DNA from: Nitrosopumilus sp.
GTDB lineage: Archaea > Thermoproteota > Nitrososphaeria > Nitrososphaerales > Nitrosopumilaceae
Length of the DNA: 32,000 bases
Reading direction: 5' to 3'
Assembly (NCBI RefSeq): GCF_965223225.1
Contig: NZ_CBDCVU010000004.1
Span: 600,378-632,377, forward strand
Position numbers and translations under genes: made by a program. Under the pieces are notes generated by a model. That model did no database searches. It had not been told where the DNA came from and worked only from the letters and a program-made list of their open reading frames with translations. Positions 16,675 to 25,647 of the stretch are shown one piece after another (within the stretch, counting starts at the first letter, position 1; every line of letters begins with the position of its first letter).

Positions 16675-16854
16675 GGTCTAATCCTGATGTATTGTAAGAA
16701 AAACATTCGTATTGTTAATTGGCATCCAGCAGTTTAGTTTCAAACATCAAACCGTTTAATTATCTGAAACCAAACGTTGAGTATTCGACATATTTCTCAA
16801 TCTAGCCAATCAACATTTTTAGTCTAAATTTCTACAAGATATATTTTTGTAATC

Positions 16855-17070
16855 TCAAATGGCCTTTCGGATGAGGTCATTTACTGCTTGTGAATAACTA
16901 TAACTGAAATTTTCTTCTTGTATTTTTTTTGCTTGTAACAGTCTTATTTTTTTATCTAGTTTATCATCAATCATAACTGTTACACGTTTTTTCATTACTT
17001 GTTTTTCCTTTTTTTGATATTTATAGAATGGACTATTTTTTTTTCTAGTGGTATATGCGTGATTGCTCAT
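16855..17070 (-). CDS. ribbon-helix-helix (CopG-like) small DNA-binding protein
   Basis: KKRVTVMIDDKLDKKIRLLQAKK...SYSQAVNDLIRKAI has a beta-strand / helix / helix RHH pattern. An internal ATG (MKKRVTV) would give about 46 aa. Confidence 0.55.
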   Translation of the reverse strand: MSNHAYTTRKKNSPFYKYQKKEKQVMKKRVTVMIDDKLDKKIRLLQAKKIQEENFSYSYSQAVNDLIRKAI

Positions 17071-17186
17071 AACTCAAAAATTAGTTAATTTTGTGAAATT
17101 TTTTGAAAAAATTTACATTAACTGTTAAATACTAAAATCTCTTACAGTAATTGATGTCGTTAGTTGTAAAATCTGGCGATTAGTTT

Positions 17187-17279
17187 GCGTGACCCCGTAG
17201 AACAAGAAAGGCAATCAAACGTAAAGACGTTTGACAACGAGAGGGAATCTCTCAGAGTTCTGCAATAAGGGGGTTACGC
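17187..17279 (+). ncRNA. candidate structured ncRNA of unknown class
   Basis: Closing 10-bp helix 17187-17196 / 17270-17279 (one G.U). A stacked 7-bp helix 17197-17203 / 17257-17263 (one U.G) follows, with a 6-nt 3' bulge. There are two internal hairpins: an 8-bp stem 17215-17222 / 17227-17234 with an AAAG loop, and a 5-bp stem 17239-17243 / 17249-17253. 44 of 93 nt are G/C by hand count, in an AT-rich intergenic region. TTTT follows at 17281-17284. The G.U pairs favour the + strand. Confidence 0.35.
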
Positions 17280-17387
17280 CTTTTATTCTAAATTCTACCA
17301 ATATGTGGTGTATTTGCAAAACCAATTTTTTGATTATTCTTTTGAATGAAAAACTGTCTTATCTTTGAGAGTGTGTTTTTTGAAAAA

Positions 17388-18479
17388 TTATGTTACAATC
17401 TCGTCTAGACGACCTTCTTCTTGCGCTCTTTTTATCTCCATTGCGATTCTTCTTCCGACACCAAATGTCTTTCCATATTGATACTTGGTATATGGACTTG
17501 TGGTTGCTACAATTGGATTTCCTGGAACACGTAATGATACGTCATAAACTACTAGTTCCAAATCTTTTGTGATGACACTTTGTAATGAAAATGGCCCAAT
17601 AATCCCAGGAGCATACTCTTTTTTTACTGCTGCTACAAACTTGTCTCCGATTTTTATCACTTTTTCAAGTAGTGATTCTCTAATACTTGCAGGAGTGTGT
17701 CCTACCTCGATATTTTGCAAGTCTACATCAATATCCATTTGTTGTTTTGCTGGAAGTGCGTTGTAATCATGAATGTTTGTTTGAAGTCTTCTTTCAATTC
17801 CGATAAAATCTACTTGTTTTGAAATTGGAGTATGAAAGAAATTAAAATTCATGTATGTTCCAATTGCTAACTCTTCTATGCTTGATTTCTCAAGGTCTTT
17901 CCTTGAGATCACTCCCTGCTTGATTTTTTCCTCTGATTTTTCCACATAATCTTTGTATGATGAAACTGTAAAAAATGCCCTCTCCAATGGTCTGTTTTTC
18001 TCTTGAACTTTAACAATTGATGGTTTGTTGATTTTTTTAGGATCTTTGAACAGCTTTGGATATTTTATTCTCGCTTTTTCTAGCAAATAGTATTGTCCTT
18101 TTTTAGATGTTCTCTCCTCTGCTTGAAACAGTTTTCTGTTTCCAAAAATTGGAACTTTGAAGGAATCTTCAATTGCTTTGTATCCAAGATAAACAGTCAG
18201 GGATCTGTGTGGGACTACTATTGTGCTGGACTCTCGTAATTTTTTTTGAATTTTTGCTGATGCCATGTCTTTGAATTTATCTAATACTGTAATCTCATCT
18301 GCAATTCTTCCAAATCTTTGATAAGGGCCCTCTCGTCCTTTCTGGCAGAAAACTGAGGTCTGAAAACCTTCATCTTTTGCTCCATCCATAACCTCAAGTG
18401 CTGAATGGCTGCCAAGAACTCCTATTCTTACATCTGAATAATCATTTACTATTTTTTTTATCTCTGATGCCCTAATCAT
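17388..18479 (-). CDS. purP: 5-formaminoimidazole-4-carboxamide ribonucleotide (FAICAR) synthetase, archaeal PurP
   Basis: Strong similarity to the archaeal ATP-grasp PurP family: IGVLGSHSALEVMDGAKDEGF, STIVVPHRS, VPIFGNRKL, IRESLLEKV..GDKFV, PGIIGPFSLQS, LELVVYDVSLRVPG. Confidence 0.9.
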   Translation of the reverse strand: MIRASEIKKIVNDYSDVRIGVLGSHSALEVMDGAKDEGFQTSVFCQKGREGPYQRFGRIADEITVLDKFKDMASAKIQKKLRESSTIVVPHRSLTVYLGYKAIEDSFKVPIFGNRKLFQAEERTSKKGQYYLLEKARIKYPKLFKDPKKINKPSIVKVQEKNRPLERAFFTVSSYKDYVEKSEEKIKQGVISRKDLEKSSIEELAIGTYMNFNFFHTPISKQVDFIGIERRLQTNIHDYNALPAKQQMDIDVDLQNIEVGHTPASIRESLLEKVIKIGDKFVAAVKKEYAPGIIGPFSLQSVITKDLELVVYDVSLRVPGNPIVATTSPYTKYQYGKTFGVGRRIAMEIKRAQEEGRLDEIVT

Positions 18480-18576
18480 GCTAGACCTATATGGTGGGAG
18501 CTAATATAGCTAATTTTCTAATTTGCTGATCGAGGAAGATCACAATGTTTTTCTGATCTTCTATCATATCTTAGAT

Positions 18577-18741
18577 ATGTTATATCACTTTGAACTACAA
18601 ATGGCAGGCATAATCCTTCTATCTGCCATGGCTGCAGGTGGTCTTTCATTGTGGTTAAAAAGACGAAAAGAGAGAAAAACATTAGAACAATCTGCCAAAG
18701 AAAGTGAGGATACTCTCAACTATGATTCTAGTGTCAACTAG
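18577..18741 (+). CDS. possible small single-pass membrane protein
   Basis: ATG at 18577 gives MLYHFELQMAGIILLSAMAAGGLSLWLKRRKERK..., one TM helix plus a charged tail. The track ORF begins at an upstream TTG at 18523. Confidence 0.3.
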   Translation: MLYHFELQMAGIILLSAMAAGGLSLWLKRRKERKTLEQSAKESEDTLNYDSSVN

Positions 18742-18782
18742 TGTTTTTTATCTAATACATAAAATACAGTTCCACTCAACCA

Positions 18783-19346
18783 ATGTTGATGAAACTAGTT
18801 ATCGGAATGACCGGAAGCACAGGTGTAGTTTATGGCATACGAATGCTTGAGACTCTAAAGAATCTTGGTATTGAAACTCACCTGATTATGTCTGAATGGG
18901 CCGCAAAGTGTGTGTCTATGGAAACTGAGTATTCATTGGATTATGTAAAATCTTTGGCAACAAATGTCTCTGATGAAAAAAATATGGCTTCTAGTGTATC
19001 TAGTGGAACTCATAAGATAAATGGAATGATTGTTGCACCATGCAGCATGAAAACATTGGCTGCCATTGCAAATGGATATGACGATACTCTAATTGCTAGA
19101 GCAGCAGGAGTTACAATCAAAGAATCACGCAAACTTGTTTTGATGGTTAGGGAAACTCCTCTTTCTGCAATTCATTTAGAAAATATGTTAAAACTTTCAA
19201 GATTGGGTATTGTTATACTTCCTCCTGTAACTGAATTTTATACAAAACCAAAATCTATTGATGAAATAATAAATCATGGAGTAGGAAAATGTTTGGACCA
19301 GTTTGACATAGAGCACGATTTATACCCTCGTTGGGGATCCTTTTGA
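18783..19346 (+). CDS. ubiX: flavin prenyltransferase UbiX (prenyl-FMN synthase)
   Basis: KLVIGMTGSTGVVYGIRMLE, SSGTHKINGMIVAPCSMKTLAAIANGY, RKLVLMVRETPLS.IHLENML and ILPPVTEFY are canonical UbiX/Pad1 motifs. Confidence 0.9.
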   Translation: MLMKLVIGMTGSTGVVYGIRMLETLKNLGIETHLIMSEWAAKCVSMETEYSLDYVKSLATNVSDEKNMASSVSSGTHKINGMIVAPCSMKTLAAIANGYDDTLIARAAGVTIKESRKLVLMVRETPLSAIHLENMLKLSRLGIVILPPVTEFYTKPKSIDEIINHGVGKCLDQFDIEHDLYPRWGSF

Positions 19347-19352
19347 TTACTA

Positions 19353-19784
19353 TTGCCAAAATTTTCATTAGAAAAGACAATTAACAAAAAAAGAGACGTT
19401 GTATTTGAGTTATTTTCTGATTTTGAAAATTATGAAAAAAAAATACCTCAACATTTTCCATCTGTAAGGGTTAGGTCTACCCGTGGAGATGTTTCAGTAG
19501 TAGAAGAACACCTCAACTTAGGAACAACCGAATTACTGATTATGGCAAAACATGTCATCTCAAAACCTGTATCTCACGATGTATTTGTAATTGGTGGAGA
19601 TGTTAAGGGAAGTCATATTCAACAACAATTCGTTGAAATCTCTGAAAATCAAACTAAGGTAATAATTCAAGCTGATTTCAAAGTAAAAGGAAAGATGATG
19701 CTATCTAACTTGTTTGGGAAAAATGATTTTAAAGAAAATTATGCTGTAATAATAAATGATATTGCAAAGCTTGCAGAATCCTAG
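19353..19784 (+). CDS. SRPBCC (START/polyketide-cyclase-like) family protein
   Basis: 143 aa, TTG start. The N-terminus FSLEKTINKKRDVVFELFSDFENYEKKIP is typical of SRPBCC openings. The rest alternates beta-rich segments and ends in a C-terminal helix. Confidence 0.5.
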   Translation: MPKFSLEKTINKKRDVVFELFSDFENYEKKIPQHFPSVRVRSTRGDVSVVEEHLNLGTTELLIMAKHVISKPVSHDVFVIGGDVKGSHIQQQFVEISENQTKVIIQADFKVKGKMMLSNLFGKNDFKENYAVIINDIAKLAES

Positions 19785-19987
19785 TCTGCTTTTGTCTCTT
19801 TATCTTTGAAATCTTTGAGCTCTTTTTCACCTTCGATCTTGCCTTTTTCAAATTCCCCCTTTGCTTTTCCGAAGGTTTTTGCAAGCTCTGGGATCTTTTT
19901 GGCTCCAAAAATGAATATCACCGCTAAAACAATGATTATGATCCATTCTTGACCTGCAATAAAATTGCTTAATCCTACTCCAAACAT
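19781..19987 (-). CDS. tatA: twin-arginine translocase subunit TatA/E
   Basis: A short N-terminal TM helix followed by FGAKKIPELAKTFGKAKGEFEKGK (TatA hinge and amphipathic helix). Confidence 0.8.
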   Translation of the reverse strand: MFGVGLSNFIAGQEWIIIIVLAVIFIFGAKKIPELAKTFGKAKGEFEKGKIEGEKELKDFKDKETKAD

Positions 19988-20014
19988 TATGTATTTACTT
20001 ATCTAAATTTGGAT

Positions 20015-20815
20015 TTAAGTGTTCAATTTTTCTTGTTCTTTCTTTTCTCTTCTCTCAATGATAATCATGCCTGCAGCGTATAGCCCTATCATCGGAGCTG
20101 CAATCAAAGTCATTGATATGCCCGTTCCATCTGGAGTTATCAAAGCTCCAAAAATCACAATTATTACTATAGCATACCTGATATTTTTTCTCCAAAAATC
20201 TGCATCTACCATACCTGATACTGATACTGCATACATTACAAGTGGAAGTTGAAATGACAAACCAAATGCAAGTAAAAATTGCAAAACAAATGAAACAAAA
20301 TCCATCACATTAAGAAATTCGATAACTCCTGCTGATTCACCATATCTGTATAAAAATTCTAAAACATATGGTATTACCAAATTATATGAAAAAACACATC
20401 CTGCTGCAAATAATCCGATTGCAGGAATTGTAATTGTTCTGCTAATGTGAATCTCATTTTCTTTCAAAGCTGGCTTGATGAATCCTACTAATTCTTTGAC
20501 AACTATTGGCATTCCCAAAATTATCCCAACAATTGCTGCAACATACAACTGTGCAAAAAATGCCTGTCCTGGAGCTGTCTGTATTAGTTGTACTTCTTGG
20601 GGAATTAGATTCTCATTCATGTGTTTAATGATTTGCGCTGCAATGTTGTTTAGCGGTTCAGGTGTTGGATGGTATAATGTAACTTGACCAACTTGGATTG
20701 GTTCTGCATGAAAGGTGATGAGAAATACTGTGATAATTCCAATAACAACCACAATACGAAGTAGTCTTTTTCTTAATTCGTCTAGATGTTGACTAAATCC
20801 ATCCAGCTCTGACAT
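20015..20815 (-). CDS. tatC: twin-arginine translocase subunit TatC
   Basis: HLDELRKRLLRIVV N-terminal motif, six hydrophobic helices, and the FLLAFGLSFQLPLVM motif. Sits adjacent to tatA. Confidence 0.9.
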   Translation of the reverse strand: MSELDGFSQHLDELRKRLLRIVVVIGIITVFLITFHAEPIQVGQVTLYHPTPEPLNNIAAQIIKHMNENLIPQEVQLIQTAPGQAFFAQLYVAAIVGIILGMPIVVKELVGFIKPALKENEIHISRTITIPAIGLFAAGCVFSYNLVIPYVLEFLYRYGESAGVIEFLNVMDFVSFVLQFLLAFGLSFQLPLVMYAVSVSGMVDADFWRKNIRYAIVIIVIFGALITPDGTGISMTLIAAPMIGLYAAGMIIIERREKKEQEKLNT

Positions 20816-20842
20816 ACGATATGTTTGGGTTTCTAGCTATAT

Positions 20843-21361
20843 CTATTTGCCGGGAATTGGTAAAAGCTTAGCTTCTGGAAGACCATATTCCTTGAGCTGC
20901 TCTTGTGTCAAATCATCAAATTCTAATGATATTGTTGCCTTTGTATTGAATTTGGATTCCATCTCTTTTGCCAGATTACCGATGTCATTGCTAGAGTAAA
21001 TCTCCTTTGAATCTTTAAGAAATATTCTTTCGCCTTTCTCTATTTCTTTTCCACCGTATTTTTTCTGTAAAAAGTCTGTTATCGCAGGCAATTCTTTTCT
21101 GTCTATATTATTATGAAAATAACAAATTCCCTTCACTGATTCATAATCATAAGCCGTTCCATACCTATACATGAAAACTCCTATAAAATGTGCTTCATCT
21201 TCAGGTTCTCTTACACATTTTATTTCCCAGTTTAGTAATTTTGATTCATCATATGTAAATCCGCTCATCTCGTCAGATGTTAGCTTCCAATATCTTGATC
21301 TTGCCATTCTGTTTTTGCTAACTTTTTCTGATATAAATTCCAATGTCTTCAATAAAGTCAA
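20843..21361 (-). CDS. hypothetical protein
   Basis: 172-aa ORF with TTG start; alternative ATG at 21307. Coding-like composition, no recognisable family. Confidence 0.5.
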   Translation of the reverse strand: MTLLKTLEFISEKVSKNRMARSRYWKLTSDEMSGFTYDESKLLNWEIKCVREPEDEAHFIGVFMYRYGTAYDYESVKGICYFHNNIDRKELPAITDFLQKKYGGKEIEKGERIFLKDSKEIYSSNDIGNLAKEMESKFNTKATISLEFDDLTQEQLKEYGLPEAKLLPIPGK

Positions 21362-21516
21362 ATTTGGCTATATCTTGCAAGTTTTTCTAACAATACAGTT
21401 CTTTTCCCAATGAATATTTGGAGACACATTTCAAAAATAATTTGTCAGGGACAATTTAATTTTCATAATAGGCAAATCACAAAAATTATTGATAGATAAA
21501 GTTCTAGACTTATTGT

Positions 21517-21906
21517 TTGGAATCTGAAAAGAAAAATTCCTTGTATCCAATTGAAATTGATGATTATCCAAAATTATTTGATTTTGTCCTAACTCCTAAT
21601 GGACTAAAATATTTTCACGATCTAAAACGAAGATATGTTCTGGGAAAAGAGATGGTTTTAGATGAATACAACAAACTTCGATTGTTAGCTATCTATTATG
21701 CCACTTCCAACAGAAATGAAAAAGAGGTTCTTGCTTGGCAGGACATCTGTATTACTCTTGATAACCAAGGGATTTTTGAAAAGGAAATGTACAAATCAAA
21801 AGAAGATTTGAAAGAAAAATCTTTCATTGTTCAGAATCCTCTGTATGTCGAAGGTCTTTACAAAAGATATGTAGACTATGTACGAAAAAATCAAGATTCC
21901 AAGTAA
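21517..21906 (+). CDS. hypothetical protein
   Basis: 129-aa ORF with TTG start and no early ATG. Confidence 0.45.
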   Translation: MESEKKNSLYPIEIDDYPKLFDFVLTPNGLKYFHDLKRRYVLGKEMVLDEYNKLRLLAIYYATSNRNEKEVLAWQDICITLDNQGIFEKEMYKSKEDLKEKSFIVQNPLYVEGLYKRYVDYVRKNQDSK

Positions 21907-22042
21907 CCGATTCTGGGCCTAACATATTCACAACAATACAGGTCCTCAGAATCGGGTACCTGACTCTTCTCTCAAAAGAAGTATAAAAACATGATAATTT
22001 TCGGAAGATAGATTAACCTCGACCCAAACTTGCAATTTGTTA

Positions 22043-22303
22043 ATGGCAACATTTATCGTTCATGTCACCATTGAAAATAAACCTGGAATTAGTGATCCTG
22101 AAGGTGATACAATACTCAATGATCTTGTCTTAAAAGGAACCGTTGATAATGTATCTAAAATAAAAACAGCAAAGATGCTCAAATTTACCCTAGATGGGAA
22201 AGACAGAAACTCTGTTCAAAGTCAGGTAGAAAAAATATGTTCTGACCTGCGTATCTACAATCCTATTGTCAGTCAAGTAACTTTTGATGTTTTTGCTTCA
22301 TAA
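22043..22303 (+). CDS. purS: phosphoribosylformylglycinamidine synthase subunit PurS
   Basis: About 86 aa. V.V..KPGI.DPEG.TI...L motif (VHVTIENKPGISDPEGDTILNDL). Context with purQ/purL. ATG at 22043. Confidence 0.85.
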   Translation: MATFIVHVTIENKPGISDPEGDTILNDLVLKGTVDNVSKIKTAKMLKFTLDGKDRNSVQSQVEKICSDLRIYNPIVSQVTFDVFAS

Positions 22304-22305
22304 AA

Positions 22306-22722
22306 TTAATCTGATTTTATGTTTTCCATTGTTTCGTTGATCAGGATTTTGCTTCTTAGATATTCAGTCATGTTTGTTTGAGTAACTACTCCTGACAACT
22401 TTTCATCATCTAAAACGATTATTCTTCTAATATTGTTATTTAACATCTTTTGTACTGCATCTTCAATTGTTGTATCTGATTTGACCCATCTGAATTTTTT
22501 TGACATGATGTCTCCTAGAGTTATTGATGACGCTTTGATATCTTCTGCTGCTAATCTGCGTACAATATCTCTTTCTGAAACAATTCCTACTGGTTTATCA
22601 TCTTTCACGATGACTAGAAAACTGATATCCTTGTCTCTTAATATGATGGATCCTTCATGTGCAGTTTTTTGTTGATCTGCAGTGATCACATTTTTCTCCA
22701 TGATGTCTCTTACTAGCGTCAT
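22306..22722 (-). CDS. CBS-domain pair protein
   Basis: Two CBS motifs (ISFLVIVKDDKPVGIVSERDIV; IRRIIVLDDEKLSGVVTQTNM) make up the whole 138-aa protein. Confidence 0.85.
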   Translation of the reverse strand: MTLVRDIMEKNVITADQQKTAHEGSIILRDKDISFLVIVKDDKPVGIVSERDIVRRLAAEDIKASSITLGDIMSKKFRWVKSDTTIEDAVQKMLNNNIRRIIVLDDEKLSGVVTQTNMTEYLRSKILINETMENIKSD

Positions 22723-22792
22723 GGGGCATTAAGCAATATTTTCACATAAAAATTTTTTCTGACTAGATTCAAATTAAATATCTCCATTTATT

Positions 22793-23482
22793 ATGAAAGT
22801 TGTGAAGGTTGGGGTTGTAGTTTTTCCTGGTAGTAACTGTGATCGAGACATGTATCACGTTTTATCTGATGTTTTTCATCTTGACACTCAATATTATTGG
22901 CATGAGAAAGGTCTTCCAAAAAATATTGATGCTATAGTTCTTCCTGGAGGGTTCTCTTATGGTGATAGATTAAGGGCAGGAGTGATCGCAGCTCACAGCC
23001 CAATAATTAAAGATGTTCGAAAAATGGCCGAAAAAGGAATTCCAATTCTCGGCGTCTGCAATGGATTTCAAATTTTAGTAGAATCAGGCCTTCTTCCGGG
23101 AGTGTTGCTAAAAAATGAGTCTCTTAACTTTATGTGTGAGTGGACAAACCTTATTGTTGAAAATAACAAAACCCCATTTACTAACAAATTTGATATTTGT
23201 CAAAAAATTCCCATTCCTATTGCAAACGGCGAGGGAAGATACTATGTAGATGATAAAACTCTAAAACAACTTGAGAAGAAAAATCAAATTGTTTTCAGGT
23301 ACGAGCAAATCGTTAATGGCTCATCAAGCAGGATTGCAGGTGTCTGCAACGAGGATGGAAATGTGGTTGGAATGATGCCTCATCCCGAAAGAGCAGCTGA
23401 GAAAGAAATTAATCCACTTGACAACAAACCCTCATCTCTAATTTTTGAATCTTTAATGGTAAAAATGGGTGCTAATAATTGA
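22793..23482 (+). CDS. purQ: phosphoribosylformylglycinamidine synthase I, glutaminase subunit PurQ
   Basis: VVVFPGSNCDRD, nucleophile elbow GVCNGFQIL and the MMPHPER His/Glu motif. Confidence 0.9.
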   Translation: MKVVKVGVVVFPGSNCDRDMYHVLSDVFHLDTQYYWHEKGLPKNIDAIVLPGGFSYGDRLRAGVIAAHSPIIKDVRKMAEKGIPILGVCNGFQILVESGLLPGVLLKNESLNFMCEWTNLIVENNKTPFTNKFDICQKIPIPIANGEGRYYVDDKTLKQLEKKNQIVFRYEQIVNGSSSRIAGVCNEDGNVVGMMPHPERAAEKEINPLDNKPSSLIFESLMVKMGANN

Positions 23483-25647
23483 GTCTGGAACCACAAGAAC
23501 TTTCTAATTTAAAATCTAAAATCGGACGTGACCCCACTCCAACTGAACTACAAATAGTAGCTGCAGAATGGTCTGAACATTGTTCATACAAATCTTCAAA
23601 AAAACATTTGAAGATACTTCCAATGACTGGTCCACTAGTAATCAACGAGAAGGGATATGATTCTGGAGTACTTGATGTTGGCGATGGCTATGTTGTAACT
23701 GCACACATTGAAAGTCACAACCATCCCTCTGCTGTAGAACCATATGGTGGTGCTGCAACTGGAGTTGGTGGTGTCATTCGTGATATCCTCTCAGCTGGTA
23801 CAAGGCCTATTGCAATCTTTGATGGATTACGTTTTGGAAATATTGAAAAAGATCAACAAGCTAGATGGCTGTTTAAGAATGCCGTATCTGGAATTGCAGA
23901 CTATGGTAACTGTTTGGGAATTCCAACTGTCGGAGGAGAAGTAGAGTTTGATGAATGTTACAAAAATTATGCATTGGTAGATGTTGCTGCAATAGGATTT
24001 GGGAAAAAAGAGAATCTGATAAAAAATCATGCAAACGTTGGCGATGTAGTTGTATTGCTTGGAGGTTCAACTGGAAGAGATGGAATAGGTGGCTCACAAT
24101 TTGCTTCTGATGCGCTAGAGTCCGAGGATCGTTCTGCTGTACAAATACCAGATCCTTTTATTGAAAAATTAATCATCGAGGCAATTCTTGAGGCAAGAAA
24201 TCAGAATCTTATTCATGCCATGAAAGATTTGGGAGGTGGCGGTCTTTCCTGTGCAATTTCTGAAACTGCTGACGCTATGGAAGTGGGAATAGAGATGAAT
24301 GTAGACAAGGTCCATACACGTGAATCTGACATGCATACAGATGAGATAATGGTTTCTGAATCACAAGAAAGAATGCTAATTGTAACTGACAACGCAAAAT
24401 TAAAGAAACTTCAACATATATGCAAGAAATTCCGTATTGGATGTTCAGTTATTGGTCGTGTAAAATCAGATAACAAAATGAGAGTAAAAAAAGGTAACAA
24501 GACATTTGCAGACCTTCCTACACAAGTTGTTGCAAATGCAACCCTTTTGGACTTGCCTTCCAAGAAACCTGAATATCTAAAGACAATTGAGACTGAAAAA
24601 AACCTCAAACCAATCTCAAACTATTCTAAAACTTTGTTGAAACTGTTGTCTGCCCCAAATATTGCCAGTAAGATTTGGGTATATGGACAATATGATCACG
24701 AAGTAGGAATTCGTACAGTTGTAAAACCCGGTTGTGATGCCGCAGTTTTGAGACTAGATAATGGAAAATTCCTTGCTGCAAAGATTGATGGAAATCCAAA
24801 ACATTGTTACCTGAATCCAAGAGATGGGGCTATAGGTTGTTTTGAAGAGGCATGTAGAAATGTTGTATGCACTGGAGCAAAACCTATTGGCATGCTTGAT
24901 CATTTACAATTTGGAAATCCAAAAGATCCTGAAATATTTTGGACATTCTTAGAGTCGCTAAAAGGTTTGGCAGATTTTGCAAAAGAATTCAAAATTCCAT
25001 GTGTTGGTGGTAAGGTTAGTTTGTATAATGAAACTGGCGATGGACCAATAAAACCTACTCCACTAATTGGTGTTTTAGGACTAATTGACAAAAACCCACT
25101 AATTCCAAAAACACTGAGTGACGATGACTGTCTAGTGATTATTGGCGACACAAAAGATGAGATGGGCGGTTCTGAATATTTTGAATACATCCACAAGTTT
25201 GTTGGAGGAAAATGTCCTAAAGTAGATTTTACATCTTCAAAAACTAACATGAAATCCGTATTAAAAATAATTAAAGACAAACTTGTAAAATCTGCTCATG
25301 ATTGCTCAAAGGGAGGCCTTGCAATTGCCGTATCTGAAATGTGTATGACAAGCCAGATAGGATGCCAAATAAATCTTGAAAAAATCCCCTCTGATAAAAA
25401 AATGGATGTAGATAGGTTGCTTTTCTCAGAAAGTCATTCAAGATACCTCGTGGCATGTGAAGAGAAAAACCTTGGAAAGATCAAAAAAATACTGGAAAAA
25501 AACAAGACATCTTTTGCAGTTATTGGTAAGTTTACGGGTGATTCTATTCAATTTTCACACAAAATTAGTAGTATAGTTGATCTAAGAGTTGATAAAGCGC
25601 AAAAAACTTGGATAAATTCGTTAAGGGATTTGATGCTTCATGGTTAA
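23479..25647 (+). CDS. purL: phosphoribosylformylglycinamidine synthase II, PurL
   Basis: AAEWSEHCSYKSSK, ESHNHPSAVEPYGGAATGVGGVIRD, and duplicated AIRS-like halves. TTG start overlaps the purQ stop (TTGA). Confidence 0.92.
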   Translation: MSLEPQELSNLKSKIGRDPTPTELQIVAAEWSEHCSYKSSKKHLKILPMTGPLVINEKGYDSGVLDVGDGYVVTAHIESHNHPSAVEPYGGAATGVGGVIRDILSAGTRPIAIFDGLRFGNIEKDQQARWLFKNAVSGIADYGNCLGIPTVGGEVEFDECYKNYALVDVAAIGFGKKENLIKNHANVGDVVVLLGGSTGRDGIGGSQFASDALESEDRSAVQIPDPFIEKLIIEAILEARNQNLIHAMKDLGGGGLSCAISETADAMEVGIEMNVDKVHTRESDMHTDEIMVSESQERMLIVTDNAKLKKLQHICKKFRIGCSVIGRVKSDNKMRVKKGNKTFADLPTQVVANATLLDLPSKKPEYLKTIETEKNLKPISNYSKTLLKLLSAPNIASKIWVYGQYDHEVGIRTVVKPGCDAAVLRLDNGKFLAAKIDGNPKHCYLNPRDGAIGCFEEACRNVVCTGAKPIGMLDHLQFGNPKDPEIFWTFLESLKGLADFAKEFKIPCVGGKVSLYNETGDGPIKPTPLIGVLGLIDKNPLIPKTLSDDDCLVIIGDTKDEMGGSEYFEYIHKFVGGKCPKVDFTSSKTNMKSVLKIIKDKLVKSAHDCSKGGLAIAVSEMCMTSQIGCQINLEKIPSDKKMDVDRLLFSESHSRYLVACEEKNLGKIKKILEKNKTSFAVIGKFTGDSIQFSHKISSIVDLRVDKAQKTWINSLRDLMLHG

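Noticed and set aside
16411-17070. RHH protein plus downstream zinc-ribbon ORF as a type II toxin-antitoxin pair
   Set aside because: The two genes are separated by a 180-nt gap rather than being overlapping or adjacent. The zinc-ribbon ORF also shows no recognisable toxin fold motif.
17187-17279. Structured element considered as 5S rRNA, tRNA, C/D-box or H/ACA sRNA
   Set aside because: 5S rRNA: the element is too short, and the junction sits after a 17-bp interrupted stem rather than directly after helix I; it also lacks 5S-like loop sequences. tRNA: there is no T-arm or D-arm complementarity next to the terminal helix. C/D-box: there are no properly spaced RUGAUGA/CUGA boxes. H/ACA: no ACA follows the basal stem on the favoured strand. 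It therefore remains an unclassified candidate.
21907-22036. Hairpin upstream of purS considered as a purine riboswitch
   Set aside because: It is a single long-loop hairpin, not the three-way junction with conserved loop-loop nucleotides of purine riboswitches. It also lies upstream of the likely purS TATA box, so it would not be in the purS leader.
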